NCBI GenBank assembly: GCA_951406725.2 | Contig: OX597841.1 | Coordinates: 2,232,001-2,296,000 of the forward strand | Reading direction: 5' to 3' | DNA: 64,000 nucleotides | Source of the DNA: Octopus vulgaris | Taxonomy: Eukaryota | Shown here: one piece after another, positions 29,644 to 41,764 of the stretch | Layout of the letters: each line of letters opens with the position of its first letter | Position numbering within the stretch: the stretch's first letter is position 1 | Notes under the pieces: model-generated | What the model was told of the DNA's origin: nothing | Database searches by the model: none | Seen by the model: only the letters and a program-made list of their open reading frames with translations | Position numbers and translations under genes: made by a program

Positions 29644-29878
29644 ATAGGAGAAGGAAAGATCCAGAGAAGGGAAGACACTCGCTTGACAACCAATGCTGGT
29701 GTGTTTACGTCCCCGTAACTTAGAGATTAGGCAAAATAGACCGATAGAATAAGTACTAGGCATACAAAGAATAAGCCTTGGGGTCGATTTGTTCGACTAA
29801 AGGCTGTGCTCCAGCATGGTCGCAGGTTGATGACTGGAATAAGTAAAAGCATAAGATAATATACGAATATATATATAT

Positions 29879-29972
<94 letters not shown>

Positions 29973-30311
29973 CTTTACTGCCCATAAGGGGCTAAACATT
30001 AGAGAGGACAAACAAGGACAGACAAAGGATTAAGTCGATTATATCGCCCCCAGTGCGTAACTGGTACTTAATTTATCGACCCCGAAAGGATGAAAGGCAA
30101 AGTCGACCTCGGCGGAATTTGAACTCAGAACGTAACGACAGACGACATACCGCTAAGCATTTCGCCCGGCGCGCTAACGTTTCTGCCAGCTCGCCGCCGT
30201 ATACAAATATATATATATCTTTGCATCTGCATGTGCGTGTGTGTGCTTACACACACACATACGTATATGCATATGTATATAGAAGTATATATTCAAACAT
30301 ATGGAGGCATG

Positions 30312-30339
<28 letters not shown>

Positions 30340-30355
<16 letters not shown>

Positions 30356-30845
30356 TCTAGTTGTGTGAGTGTCTGTCCCCTTCGATTTAGATTCCTAACT
30401 CCTCCCACATTATGCGGTGCAGTTTAACCAAATTCGGGTATCTTATAGTCGTGATTCATATCAAGCCCGTCTGACTATTAGCGCGCGTCAACGATGAGTC
30501 TACGATTTTAAAAATAATTTAACATCATTTTTTATTCCATTTTAATGCATAAAATGCATCGTATGTCGATGGCGGCGGAGTTGGCGTCCATAGTCACACC
30601 TGCACCTGTTTGCTTCTCCCCCTTCCCTCCCTCGTGAAGCTGTGGGGAAGGGAGTGTAAAGAAATCAACGTCGTAATGCGTTGTGAAGGAAACCAGCGTT
30701 CTTTTAGAACAACGACTTCATGGCTTGAAGACACCAAAACAAAAATGGCTAAGAAAGCCCGAATTTATAAGGGAAGTAACTCTCTAAAAATGCTTATATA
30801 GTTATTTCCCTTACAAACCCGAGCAACGCCGGGCGATACTGCTAG
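30340..30845 (+). mobile_element. Non-autonomous Helitron-like element
   Basis: 3' hairpin CCCG.gcaacg.CGGG followed by CTAG|T; near-identical copy at 56563-57075. Confidence 0.8.
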
Positions 30846-32108
30846 TATATATATAAAACGGTGGTTAGTTGGAGTCAGTAATTCAAGCATAGTTCATGTT
30901 ATAGATCCAGTGATGGCATTGGTGGCTTCAACATTGTTATTCAGAAGCGGATTCTCTGTTGTAGTGGTGGTTGATTGCTGTGGCATCAAGTAATTGGATG
31001 GTAGATGTTTTGGTCTTGTTTCTAAGGAGACCACGTGTGCAAGTCATTGAAGGGAGGCACTTGAATAGAATAGAAATACAATGCTGGCTCTGTGGAGTGG
31101 TAGGGTTAAGGGTTTTGTTCAGTCTCTGAAGCTGGTGTGGTGTTTAATAAAAGACATGGTTGTGACACTTACATATGCATCGACTCAACGTTGATATGTG
31201 TATGTATAAGTATATGTATACTCTTTTACTTGTTTCAGTTATTTGACTGCGGCCATGCTGGAGCACCACCTTTAGTCGAGCAACTCGACCCCGGGACTTA
31301 TTCTTTGTAAGCCCAGTACTTATTCTATCGGTCTCTTTTGCCGAACCGCTGAGTGACGGGGACATAAACACACCAGCATCGGTTGTCAAGCAATGCTAGG
31401 GAGACAAACACAGACACGCAAACATGCATATATATATACATATATACGACGGGCTTCTTTCAGTTTCCATCTACCAAATCCACTCACAAGGCTTTGGTCG
31501 GCCCGAGGCTATAGTAGAAGACACTTGCCCAAGGTGCCACGTACAGATGCATCTCGAAAGTGACTAGATGAACTTCATTGTCTGTTTTATCTGTGTGGAC
31601 TCTACTTCCGGTTGCAGCTTATAGTCATAGCCAGGTGAAAAAAAAATAAAGAGAGATAAAGAGAAAAACTTCATCATGCCTAGAACTGCATTTTGCTTGG
31701 TTAACACCGGTGAACGTGTATTGGTGATCCGAATTAGAAAATGTCGCCATGCAAGAGGATTGAAACCGGAACAGAAACCACATAGTTTGTAAGGTGAACG
31801 AAGCCATGCCTACGATAATGGCTCTCTCACTGGCCATCTTCACACTCTCTTCGACCAAAACAAAAAGCACTTTTCATCTACCTCTTTCCACTTCCAGTCA
31901 CTTCAGCAATGTAACTACTCGCGTGCTGTCGGTGATTTTTTTTCTCTCTCTTTGGTCTTTTCCTTTTTCCCATTTTCTTTTCCGATGAAGAGCTATACTC
32001 GGAACATCAAAAACTCTCTTCTTTTACAGAACGTCACACTAATCCATTCCATGTGCACGTCATCTTGTTGTTTGTTATTGTTATTTTTAACGTTATTTAT
32101 TCGATTTG

Positions 32109-32164
<56 letters not shown>

Positions 32165-32199
32165 TAGACAGACAGAAAGATAGACAGACAGACAGTCAG

Positions 32200-32243
<44 letters not shown>

Positions 32244-32621
32244 ATATATATATATATATTTATATATAAATGGAAGGTACCACACGAGTGAAAATATAAA
32301 AGGAAAAGGATTTGAAAATACAGAGGTCTTTTACAGATGTTTATTTCCTTGATTGGTTTCACTTTAAAAAAAAAGATTTTCAAAAGTAAATTACAAGGCT
32401 TTGTGTAGCCTTTGTGGTGTTAAGAATTAGTTAACGTAGATGTATTAAATTACAGTGATAGAATCTTTGACAATGATAAGAAAATGTTAACAGAGGCTTT
32501 GTGTTTAAACAGTTATTATAAAAGTGCTCAAAATAGGCAGTAAAATAAGTTCATCAGAAATTATAATAGTTTATAAGGATTTTTAGAGGAATGACCAACA
32601 TTTTTCCTTCATCTCCAGTCT

Positions 32622-32656
<35 letters not shown>

Positions 32657-32850
32657 TAGCACTATGACCCGGCAACACCGGATCATAGTGCGAGCGCATG
32701 CATATACAGCTGCGTGCGTGCGCACATACACGCGAGTACTGTTCAAATCTCCGACCAATCACATACAGCTAGCTGGCATTCAACTGGCATATCAAGTTTC
32801 GGGCATTTTGATTGGGTTTTGGATAGAAAATTCACAAAAAAGTTTTCCTT
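32657..32850 (-). mobile_element. Helitron-like 3' end (different family)
   Basis: A|CTAG then hairpin gcactatga-cccggcaacaccgg-atcatagtgc. The inner boundary is uncertain. Confidence 0.5.
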
Positions 32851-33363
32851 TACCAAACCTCATGATATTGCTTCTAATAAATCTTGATTTTTATAACTAT
32901 ACCAACTATGATGTCTGTCTGCTACCTAACAGATACTGCTCTCTGTTCTCTTAGCCTTAGATATACAAGGGATTTGATAAACTAGTCTATAAATTAAAAC
33001 TGATCCCATAAAACCAAAAAAAAAAAAAGAAAATTAGTGACAGGCAGAGTCTGTAACAATGTATATCTTCTTGAAAAATCCAGTAACTTCGAAACTGGAG
33101 TTGGCATAGCATGTTCTTTGTCTATCTCCTTAACTTCTTGGAGATTTTATGTATAAGTCCATCTGTTCTAATCTTATTGAATTCTATGTCTTTGTGCAGC
33201 TGAAGACTGCTCTGCATTTTAAATTGATGTAATGATTGCATTGTTCAATTAAATGGAGTTGCATGAAACGATTGTACTGCATTACCTCTCTATATCCTTG
33301 TTGCTTATTTTTATTTTAATCGCCTTACATATATTTATATATATATATATATATACACACACA

Positions 33364-33416
<53 letters not shown>

Positions 33417-33451
33417 GACTTTATTTTAAGCAGCAGAAAAATCAACAAAAT

Positions 33452-33489
33452 CTGTTACTCTGAGTTTCTCGTTGCCGTTCATCAGACAG
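33452..33489 (-). ncRNA. Minimal type-I hammerhead ribozyme, intact core, GUA triplet
   Basis: Minus strand reads CUGU-CUGAUGA-ACG-gcaa-CGA-GAAA-CUC-a-GAG-UA-ACAG; stem II is weak. Confidence 0.75.
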
Positions 33490-33589
33490 TTTTTGCTAGA
33501 ATGGAACATATATATTAATTCAATCTATACTCTTACAAACGCTACACCTTTAGTGTTTGGTAACAAAAGAAATGGATTTGGAAAATTTG

Positions 33590-33634
<45 letters not shown>

Positions 33635-34629
33635 AAAATAAAATATATATATATATACATATATATATATACATCTATGTATACATACATATATATATAT
33701 ATGCACCCATATATACATATACACACAGCACACAAATATAACATGTATCTATATATAACATCAGATATATAACACACATACACATATATATATATATAAT
33801 ATATATATAATATATATATATTATATATATATATACATCGTATACATATATATATATATATCATCATCATCATCGTTATATATATATATATATATACATC
33901 CATCTATGTATGGTATGTATGTATGTATATTCGTATACGTAGATCTTGTATGTATGTATTTATGTGTGTGTGTGTCACTGAAGTCATTCACACATACATA
34001 ACACCTCTCTCTTTTTCTCTGACAATCATTCACTCACTACAAAAAGTGAATTTTAAAACATTCAGTTATCTCTCTCTCTCTCTCACACACATACACACAC
34101 ACCAGCACCATTGCTCTCTCTGTCTCTTCACAGACACCACACTTTCTTTCTCGCACACCTCATCAAACACACATCAATTCTTTCCCTTCACGCCAATATC
34201 AAAAGATAACCTCTCTCTCTCTTTCGCTTTTACGTCGACTCCAAAAGACCCACCACCACCACCACATATATATATTTCTTTACTACCCACAAGGGGCTAA
34301 ACACAGAGGGGACAAACAAGGACAGACATTGGTATTAAGTCGATTATATCGACCCCAATACGCAACTGGTACTTAATTTATCGACCCCGAGAGGATGAAA
34401 GGCTAAGTCGACCTCGGCGGAATTTGAACCCAGGACGTAGCGGTAGACGAAATACGGCTACGCATTTCGCCCGGCGTGCTAACGATTCTACCAGCTCGCC
34501 GCCTTAAAAACAAATAAAATTTATGGAAAGCGACGATCTTGTTCAGAAATATACGTGGTTTAAGAAGTGATATAAACTGTTCTCAAATCGAAAGATCGTC
34601 AAAAAAATTACCCCAACCCCTCCCGATTT

Positions 34630-35372
34630 TACGGCCTTGCCCTTCAAGTACGCTATCCACATGCTAGAAATAACAGCCGAATCTCACAAAACTGCAATAA
34701 CATAATGAAAGCTATATGTAATCAATTTTCGAGTAACTTCCCACAGTAATATGACAACGTAGGGACGATAGGCCATCAAACATGGGCTGTTGGATGATAC
34801 CACTGTGAAGAAAGCACAGCAATACTGGAAACTGTGATAATAGAAAATTTGATTCCCGGTACTGTAATTCATATCGATAAATGGGCCAGCTATAGAAATT
34901 TACAGCAACTTGGCTATATTCACCGAACGGTAAACCATTCATAGAACTTCGTTGACCCTGAAACCGACGCTTGCACAGCCCGAGGCCTATTTTGGTCCCG
35001 AATCAAAAGACGGTTGACGTATGTCACTGGATCATGGAATGATATGAAATGGTCGGTCTCGCGTTGGCAAATCTATGTATGGATTTGCGGCGAAGAAAAA
35101 TTTCCAGAATTTCTATACACCTATACACATTACCGAAGTTTATCCCTCGCATTCCGCCGGCGTACATAGCCGAGGTTTCAGTTGTAAAAAAAAAAAACCC
35201 AACACTTTAATTTCACTATATCATATTACTGCGGGAAATTACTCTGAAATAAATCTTTGCAGAAAGGTGAGTAGATTGATTACGTATTTCTGTCATTATG
35301 TCATTGCAGTTTTGTGAGATTTGGCTGTTATTTCCAGCATGTGGATAACCTGCTTGAAGGCCAAGGCCGTAG
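34630..35372 (+). mobile_element. Merlin (IS1595/ISXO2-like) transposon relic with long imperfect inverted repeats
   Basis: Translation IIENLIPGTVIHIDKWASYRNL..GYIHRTVNHS*NFVDPETDAC..WSRIKR. Inverted repeats at 34630-34754 and 35221-35372. Confidence 0.8.
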
Positions 35373-35699
35373 AATTAGGAGGGGAGGGGTTGTGGTTTTT
35401 TTTTTTTTTTTGGAAAAACTGAAATTTTACGAACAATTTTTTTCAGAATCATAATCTCCGTATTTTTCTGTTTTTTGCAAAGAAAAAAAAAATCTCCGGA
35501 AAAAGTGAAAAATGAAGAAATCGGGACATGGGTGGGTTGAATTTTTGAAGTTGCGATTTTTGAAAATTTATTTTTTTTCAGAATCGGAATCTCCGCCCGG
35601 ATCCCAGTAGGCATACGGGTACTACTTAAAATACAGAGGTCCCTAAAAACTAACCCTATGGAACCTCTGTATTTAAGTAGTGAAAACGGAAGGTCTACC

Positions 35700-36035
35700 T
35701 ACAAAATTAAGATTAAATATTTTCATTGTTATTAAACACAGAAATGTTTCGTAAAGGAAAAAATTATTACAAAGTGTGTGTATATGTATTAAACGTACTT
35801 TGAGCGTATGTGTGTGTATGAAGTTCAGAAACAATCCGGGGTTTGTAGAAATTAATCCCTTAATGTATAAAAGTTCTAACGTGAAGGTAATTACGGAAGT
35901 ACAGTTATTGCGCATGCGTATCGTTTCTATATAATATACGGGAAGCGAATTTTTTTCCCACGAGAGTTCCGGACCTCAGTAAAGTACTCCTTTGCATACA
36001 ACCAAGTTAACATATGCTAGCATTCAAAATGGCGA
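35700..36035. promoter_or_regulatory. Putative bidirectional promoter (NRF1-like TGCGCATGCG, ETS-like CGGAAGT, YY1-like AAAATGGCG)
   Basis: Motifs at ~35894, 35909 and 36026. The reverse complement resembles the ZNF promoter/first exon at 53010-53190. Confidence 0.55.
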
Positions 36036-36118
36036 CCTCCGATTGCCATTCGAATCTTGTATTGTGCTCTCATTCAGATGCCAATATAATCGATGCTGAA
36101 CACATACGATGGTTAGCG
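36029..36118 (+). CDS. MULE/SWIM transposase-like gene exon 1 of 5 (~790 aa total)
   Basis: aaaATGGCG start, 30 open codons, GTAAGT donor, phase 0. Confidence 0.7.
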
Positions 36119-36573
36119 GTAAGTTTGAATTACTACAGCAGTCAATGTTTTTGACGAATATGAAAGTACGGAAACTGCTTGAAGTTTTTTATAAACACAC
36201 ATTGATATTTAAAAGAGAAAAACAGTTAGTTTTAAAGCTCTGAGCGAATTGTTGGCAAATAAACTTTAATTGAAAAGATTTATCCAAAAAAAATCTTACT
36301 TAGCTGTTATTTTTGGCAGGCCTCACAACCACCTCAATGCTCAATGACAAAAAAGAAACAACTTTAACCAAACAATTTATATGTTTAAAAAAAAACAAAA
36401 ATATTTAACTTTCAGGAGTGGCTGTGTGGTAAGTAGCTTGCTTACCAACCACATGGTTCCAGGTTCAGTCCCACTGCGTGGCATCTTGGGCAAGTGTCTT
36501 CTGCTATAGCCTCGGGCCGACCAAAGCCTTGTGAATGGATTTGATAGACGGAAACTGAAAGAAGCCCGTCGTA

Positions 36574-36622
<49 letters not shown>

Positions 36623-37322
36623 CTGTGTTTGTCCCCCTAGCATTGCTTGACGACCGATGCTAGTGTGTTTACGTCCCGTAACTTAGCGGTTCAGCAAAAG
36701 AGACTGATAGAATAAGTACTAGGCTTACAAAGAATAAGTCCCGGGGTCGATTTGCTCGACTAAAGGTGGTGCTCTAGTATGGCCACAGTCAAATGACTGA
36801 AACAAGTAAAAGAGAGAGTTATTCTGTCATGAATTTGCAGAAAAAATACTTGTCATTCATCATCATGCTTTATATATTCTTTTATCTTTTTTATATGTTT
36901 CAGTCATTTGACTGCGGCCATGCTGGAGCACCGCCTTTAGTCGAACAAATCGACCCCCACAACTTATTCCTTGTAAGCCTAGTACTTATTCTATCGGTCT
37001 CTTTGCCAAACTGCTAAGTTACGAGGACATAAACACACCAGCATTGGTTGTCAAGCAATGGTAGGGGAACAAACACAGACACACACACACACACATATAT
37101 ATATATACAACAGGCTTCTTTCAGTTTCCGTCTACCAAATCCACCCAAGGCTTTGGTCGGCCCGAGGTTATAGTAGAAGACACTTGCCCAAGGTGCCATG
37201 CAGTGGGATTGAACCCGAAACCATGTGGTTGGTAAGCAAGCTACTTACCACACAGCTGTTCCTAATATATATTTTTTTATTTTGCTTTACTTATATATTT
37301 TTTTATATTTCTTTTATTGCAG

Positions 37323-37520
37323 GAGTTCCTACCTGAGAACTATAAACATCACATTTGTAACATAGAAATTGTCGAGAAAGAAGTAAAAGTAACACTGAGG
37401 TTGGCTGTTTCGACCAAAGAAGGGGCTAAAGAATGGTTGGAGTCCATGCAGAAGTCATCCCTGTCAACTTTTCGAGTGGAAAGAACTTATCCTTCCTCTG
37501 GTGAAAAGGTTTTGTTCAAG
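37323..37520 (+). CDS. MULE/SWIM gene exon 2
   Basis: ttgcAG acceptor, GTGTGT donor; phase 0/0; EFLPENY...EWLESMQKSS...KVLFK. Confidence 0.8.
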
Positions 37521-38149
37521 GTGTGTATCACTATTGCTTCACATTTGACAGGTCTGATGAGATTAAAGAAAAGATAGATACATATATAACTAAACAATTT
37601 TGTTGCTTTTTATATGTGCCCCTAAAGCCCCATTCACACTTCGCTGGATTGCCTTGCGGATACTTATGGACGTAACTTTTATGGATCATTTCATTTTTTC
37701 ATTTCGTCTAGTTTCAGCTCACGAGCTGTAGCCATGCTGAGGCGCCACCATTGGAAACCAAATAGTCTTTCCTTCCTTCGTGCCAAGTTCGAAGAAAATA
37801 TCTCTTTTGCATCTTACTTTTTTGGTCACTTCAATATACTGTATTTTGTGGCATTATTTCAAGCCAGCTGGCATTTTTTGCGCAAACTGCACGTGCATTT
37901 TTCTTGCATACGCGTAGTATTGATCGCAACAGCTGATGTACTTGCGCGTACTAATGCACGTTCCCATGGCTTTATCGATAGCATTCTCACCTGGAATCGA
38001 TTTTTGTAATGTTTTCAAGACTTATACACGCCTTGATGCCGTCAGTATCTACATATCAAATTTGAGCACCATCAGATGGAGGATGCCCGAGATCCTAGAA
38101 GATACACACACAGACAGACAGAACGGATTTTATATAATATAATAATAAT

Positions 38150-38450
38150 AACGTAAGGGGTATTAGCCATCTGAATGTGGCTAGCCACTGGGGGGGTGGG
38201 GTGTTACTGATGCTTTTAGCCCCAGGCGATCAACGTCACCAGAAGGACTTTAGACACTATCTCAGTGCCCTTGTGTTATTTGCAAAGGGAGGTCATCCTC
38301 CCTCGAAGACCCGAGTACTACATACGGACTATAGTTTCAAGGTAATTGCCTCTCGTCAACGCATGGTAAGCACTGGTCTTCGATGAAGGAGTGTAACACC
38401 CCACCCCCCCAGTGGCTAGCCACATTCAGATGGCTAATACCCCTTACGTT
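38150..38450. mobile_element. MITE-like element with perfect 58-bp TIRs
   Basis: 38150-38207 is the exact reverse complement of 38393-38450. Confidence 0.85.
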
Positions 38451-39605
38451 GTCGAGCGGTTACTGTTTATATCTCGTTCAGAGATTTATCCAGCCGTAGA
38501 AACACTGCCAGATTTGACTGGGCCTGATGAAGCCTTCTGGCTTCACAGACCCCAGTAGAACCGTCCAACCCATGCTAGCATGGAAAACGGACGCTAAACG
38601 ATGATGATGATGATGATGAATAACATTCTTCCACAAAGCTAGGGGTGGGGCGTAATTAATATAAATAGGAGTCATTTATGGATGTTATAAGAATCTTTCC
38701 AGCAAGAATAGGAAAAATTCTAAGGAAACTTACAAACAATATGTGAAAGTCTGACTGGAAAATTCCAACAAATGCTATTCAAAGACTTCTTCAGGCAATT
38801 CATGGACTCTTTCCAATTCTTTATTTAATTTATGGAATGCGGTGTCATCACATGACCAAGCACTTTAAAGGTGTGTACTTGGTTGTATATATTGTATGCA
38901 CAATTGAAGAATTGCTCCTGGCTGGTCTCCACGATGTTCTATACTCTTTTACTTGTTTCAGTCATTTGACTGCGGCCATGCTGGAGCACCACCTTAAGTC
39001 GAGCAAATCGACCCCTGGACTTATTCTTTGTAAGCCCAGTACTTATTCTATCGGTCTCTTTTGCCGAACCGCTAGGTTACGGGGACGTAAACTCACCAGC
39101 ATCGGTTGTCAAGCAATGCTACGAGGACAAACACAGACACACAAACATATACACACATACATATATATATATACATATATACGACAGGCTTCTTTCAGTT
39201 TCCTTCTACCAAATCCACTCACAAGGCATTGGTCGGCCCTGAGGCTATAGCAGAAGACACTTGCCCAAGATGCCACGCAGTGGGACTGAACCCGGAACCA
39301 TGTGGTTGGTAAGCAAGCTACTTACCACACAGCCACTCCTGCTATGACGTTTGTATTTATCCCTAAAGTCCGTAAACAATCCAAATTTCACTTGCAGCAG
39401 AATTTCTTTGTACATTCATGTAGTTTTAATGTTTTATGTCCAGTTAGTGATCGCTAGCTACATGTTCACTTCACCTAATAAGTACTTTTGAAGAAATGAA
39501 TCTGTCCTTGTAGGTTCTAATTGTGAATTCTTTCGGCCCTGATCCGATTTCAAAATACTGAAGTTTGCACATGTAAGTTTTACTTTCTCACCACTCTCAC
39601 TTCAG

Positions 39606-39757
39606 ACTGAATTTCGCTGTCAACATAACACGAAACCAAGAACCACAACAGCTGACCAACGCAAGGGGTCAAAGAACACCAACTGCCCAGCAGGCCTGAG
39701 CATGATTGGCAAAGTCAGCACCTTTGAAAAGTCTGATGGGAAAAAGAGGAAATGCAG
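39606..39757 (+). CDS. MULE/SWIM gene exon 3 (WRKY/FAR1-like zinc DNA-binding half: FRCQH...SKNTNCPA)
   Basis: ttcAG acceptor, GTAATT donor; phase 0/2. Not in the ORF track. Confidence 0.82.
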
Positions 39758-40214
39758 GTAATTGAATTTTGCATCTGTTTTCACCTGGATGCAACTGTTC
39801 TGACTGTTTGTAAATTTTTGTACAGGTTCTATTATTTCTCTGTATCCGAATCTCTACTTTCTTTTGACAGGGTGTCACAAATATCACCCCTATGGAAAAA
39901 GGGTGTGAAAAAAGGATGAAATCTACACCTTTCCTTTTTTGTTTGTTTTTCGTACAATTATATTATTCAAGAAAAGGCGGCGAGCTGGCAGAAATGTTAG
40001 CACACTGGGCGAAATGCGTAGCCGTATTTCGTCTACCGTTACGTTCTGAGTTCAAATTCCGCCAAGGTCGACTTTGCCTTTCATCCTTTCGGGGTCGATA
40101 AATTAAGTACCAGTTACACACTGAGGTCGATGTAATCAACTTAATCAGTTTGTCTGTCCTTGTTTGTCCCCTCTGTGTTTAGCCCCTTGTGGGTAGTAAA
40201 GAAATATATATTAT

Positions 40215-40612
40215 TCAAGATTTGCTTGCGAAGACATATTGGGGCAAGCGAAATCGAAATCGAATTGAACCAGCCAGGATCCCTGGTCTGGTGGTACGTC
40301 AAAAGCACTATCCGACTCCTGGCCGATGCCAGCGCCGCCTCGACTGGCTTCCGTGCCGGTGGCACATAAAATACACCAATCCGACCGTGGCCGTTGCCAG
40401 CCTCGTCTGGCACCTGTGCAGGTGGCACGTAAAAAGCACCCACTACACTCACGGAGTGGTTGGTGTTAGGAAGGGCATCCAGCTGTAGAAACACTGCCAG
40501 ATCAGACTGGAGCCTGGTGCAGCCTTCTGGCTTCCCAGATCCCCGGTTGAACCATCCAACCCATGCTAGCATGGAGAACGGACGTTAAACGAGGATGATG
40601 ATGATGATGATG
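40215..40612 (+). mobile_element. SINE family C with (GAT)n tail
   Basis: GGAAGGGCATCCAGCTGTAGAAAC...GGACGTTAAACGA..(TGA)n. Other copies: 38485-38617, 44397-44658, 62690-63285(-). Confidence 0.85.
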
Positions 40613-40738
40613 AAGATCAAGCATTACAACAAGAAATCGGATGCAGTGCATTCAGTTCAACTGTTGAATTGACAAAAACACCATCATATAAAACAGCAGC
40701 CTGTGACATACATGTTTGTTCTGGTTCTTTTTTTTTAG

Positions 40739-41005
40739 GTCTTCAGATCCTCATATGCCTGATCATCCACTGATTGTGAAATTCAAGTGCACGCATAACC
40801 ACCCTCTTAGGGCTGAGGATGCTTTGAAACATAGGGATGTGAGTGAAGAGGTTAAGGTAAAGTTCCTGGAATTGTTCAACAAGGGTTATACTCCTTCAAA
40901 AGCACTGGAACTGCACAAGTATGATCTTCAACTCCAGCATAGTGACAACTACCTTTTTATCAGTGCCGATAGATCCATCACTCCTGATTTACAGTACTGT
41001 TATAG
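40739..41005 (+). CDS. MULE/SWIM gene exon 4 (..HNHP.. + helical region)
   Basis: ttttAG acceptor, GTTAGT donor; phase 2/2. Confidence 0.85.
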
Positions 41006-41764
41006 GTTAGTATGTGAAATTATATGTACAACATGAATGGAGAGATCACCTATGATGTCATCAGTGCTGTCAATTTGCATAATTTACTAAAAAATGTAAA
41101 TGAGTCTAGTTACCATTTTTGTTTTTTTTTGCCCAATTTTGCTGATTTCTCTTTTGAAATATTAAAAAAAATTATTTGTTTAGATTAGAACAGTAAACTT
41201 TTACAGGTTTAATTTCCTTTTAAGTACACTTTTAATGGGTAAATGGACTTCACTTAACCAATCCTACAGTTAATTCGAACTAACTTAAAAGCACCTTTCA
41301 ATATGTACATTTGTATGGTACGTTGGTGTTGATTTTTCCCATGAAAATAGAGCGTTCATAAATAACAGACAACTTTGTTTTCACCCATAAATCAACTATT
41401 TTAGTATGGCAATTTCATAGGATTTCTGCGAGAGATATCACAAATGCATACTAATACACATACACAAATGCACACATGATAAATGACATTCACAGAGAAA
41501 CTTGGTGGTAGCACTGAGTGTATCATACACTAGAGGAAACACTGGTGGAAACCTCGCTTTGTGTGTGGTGTGCAATTTACTCTTGCAAATGAATTTGTTC
41601 TAATTCATAGTCAGCAATGTAATACTAATTCGTTAATGTACTATATTAGTTTGCTAAAATGGGGAGGTGGGGAAGCAAAAGTCCTCGTTTGTGACCCTTT
41701 GTGAAATGTGTTCCTACCTTCTCTATCTGTGGTTCTGATATTTCTTCATTCTCTTTCTCTTCAG

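Noticed and set aside
31545-32080. Complex sequence with short ORFs, possibly a transposase relic
   Set aside because: I could not recognise any motif in six frames; it needs a tBLASTx search.
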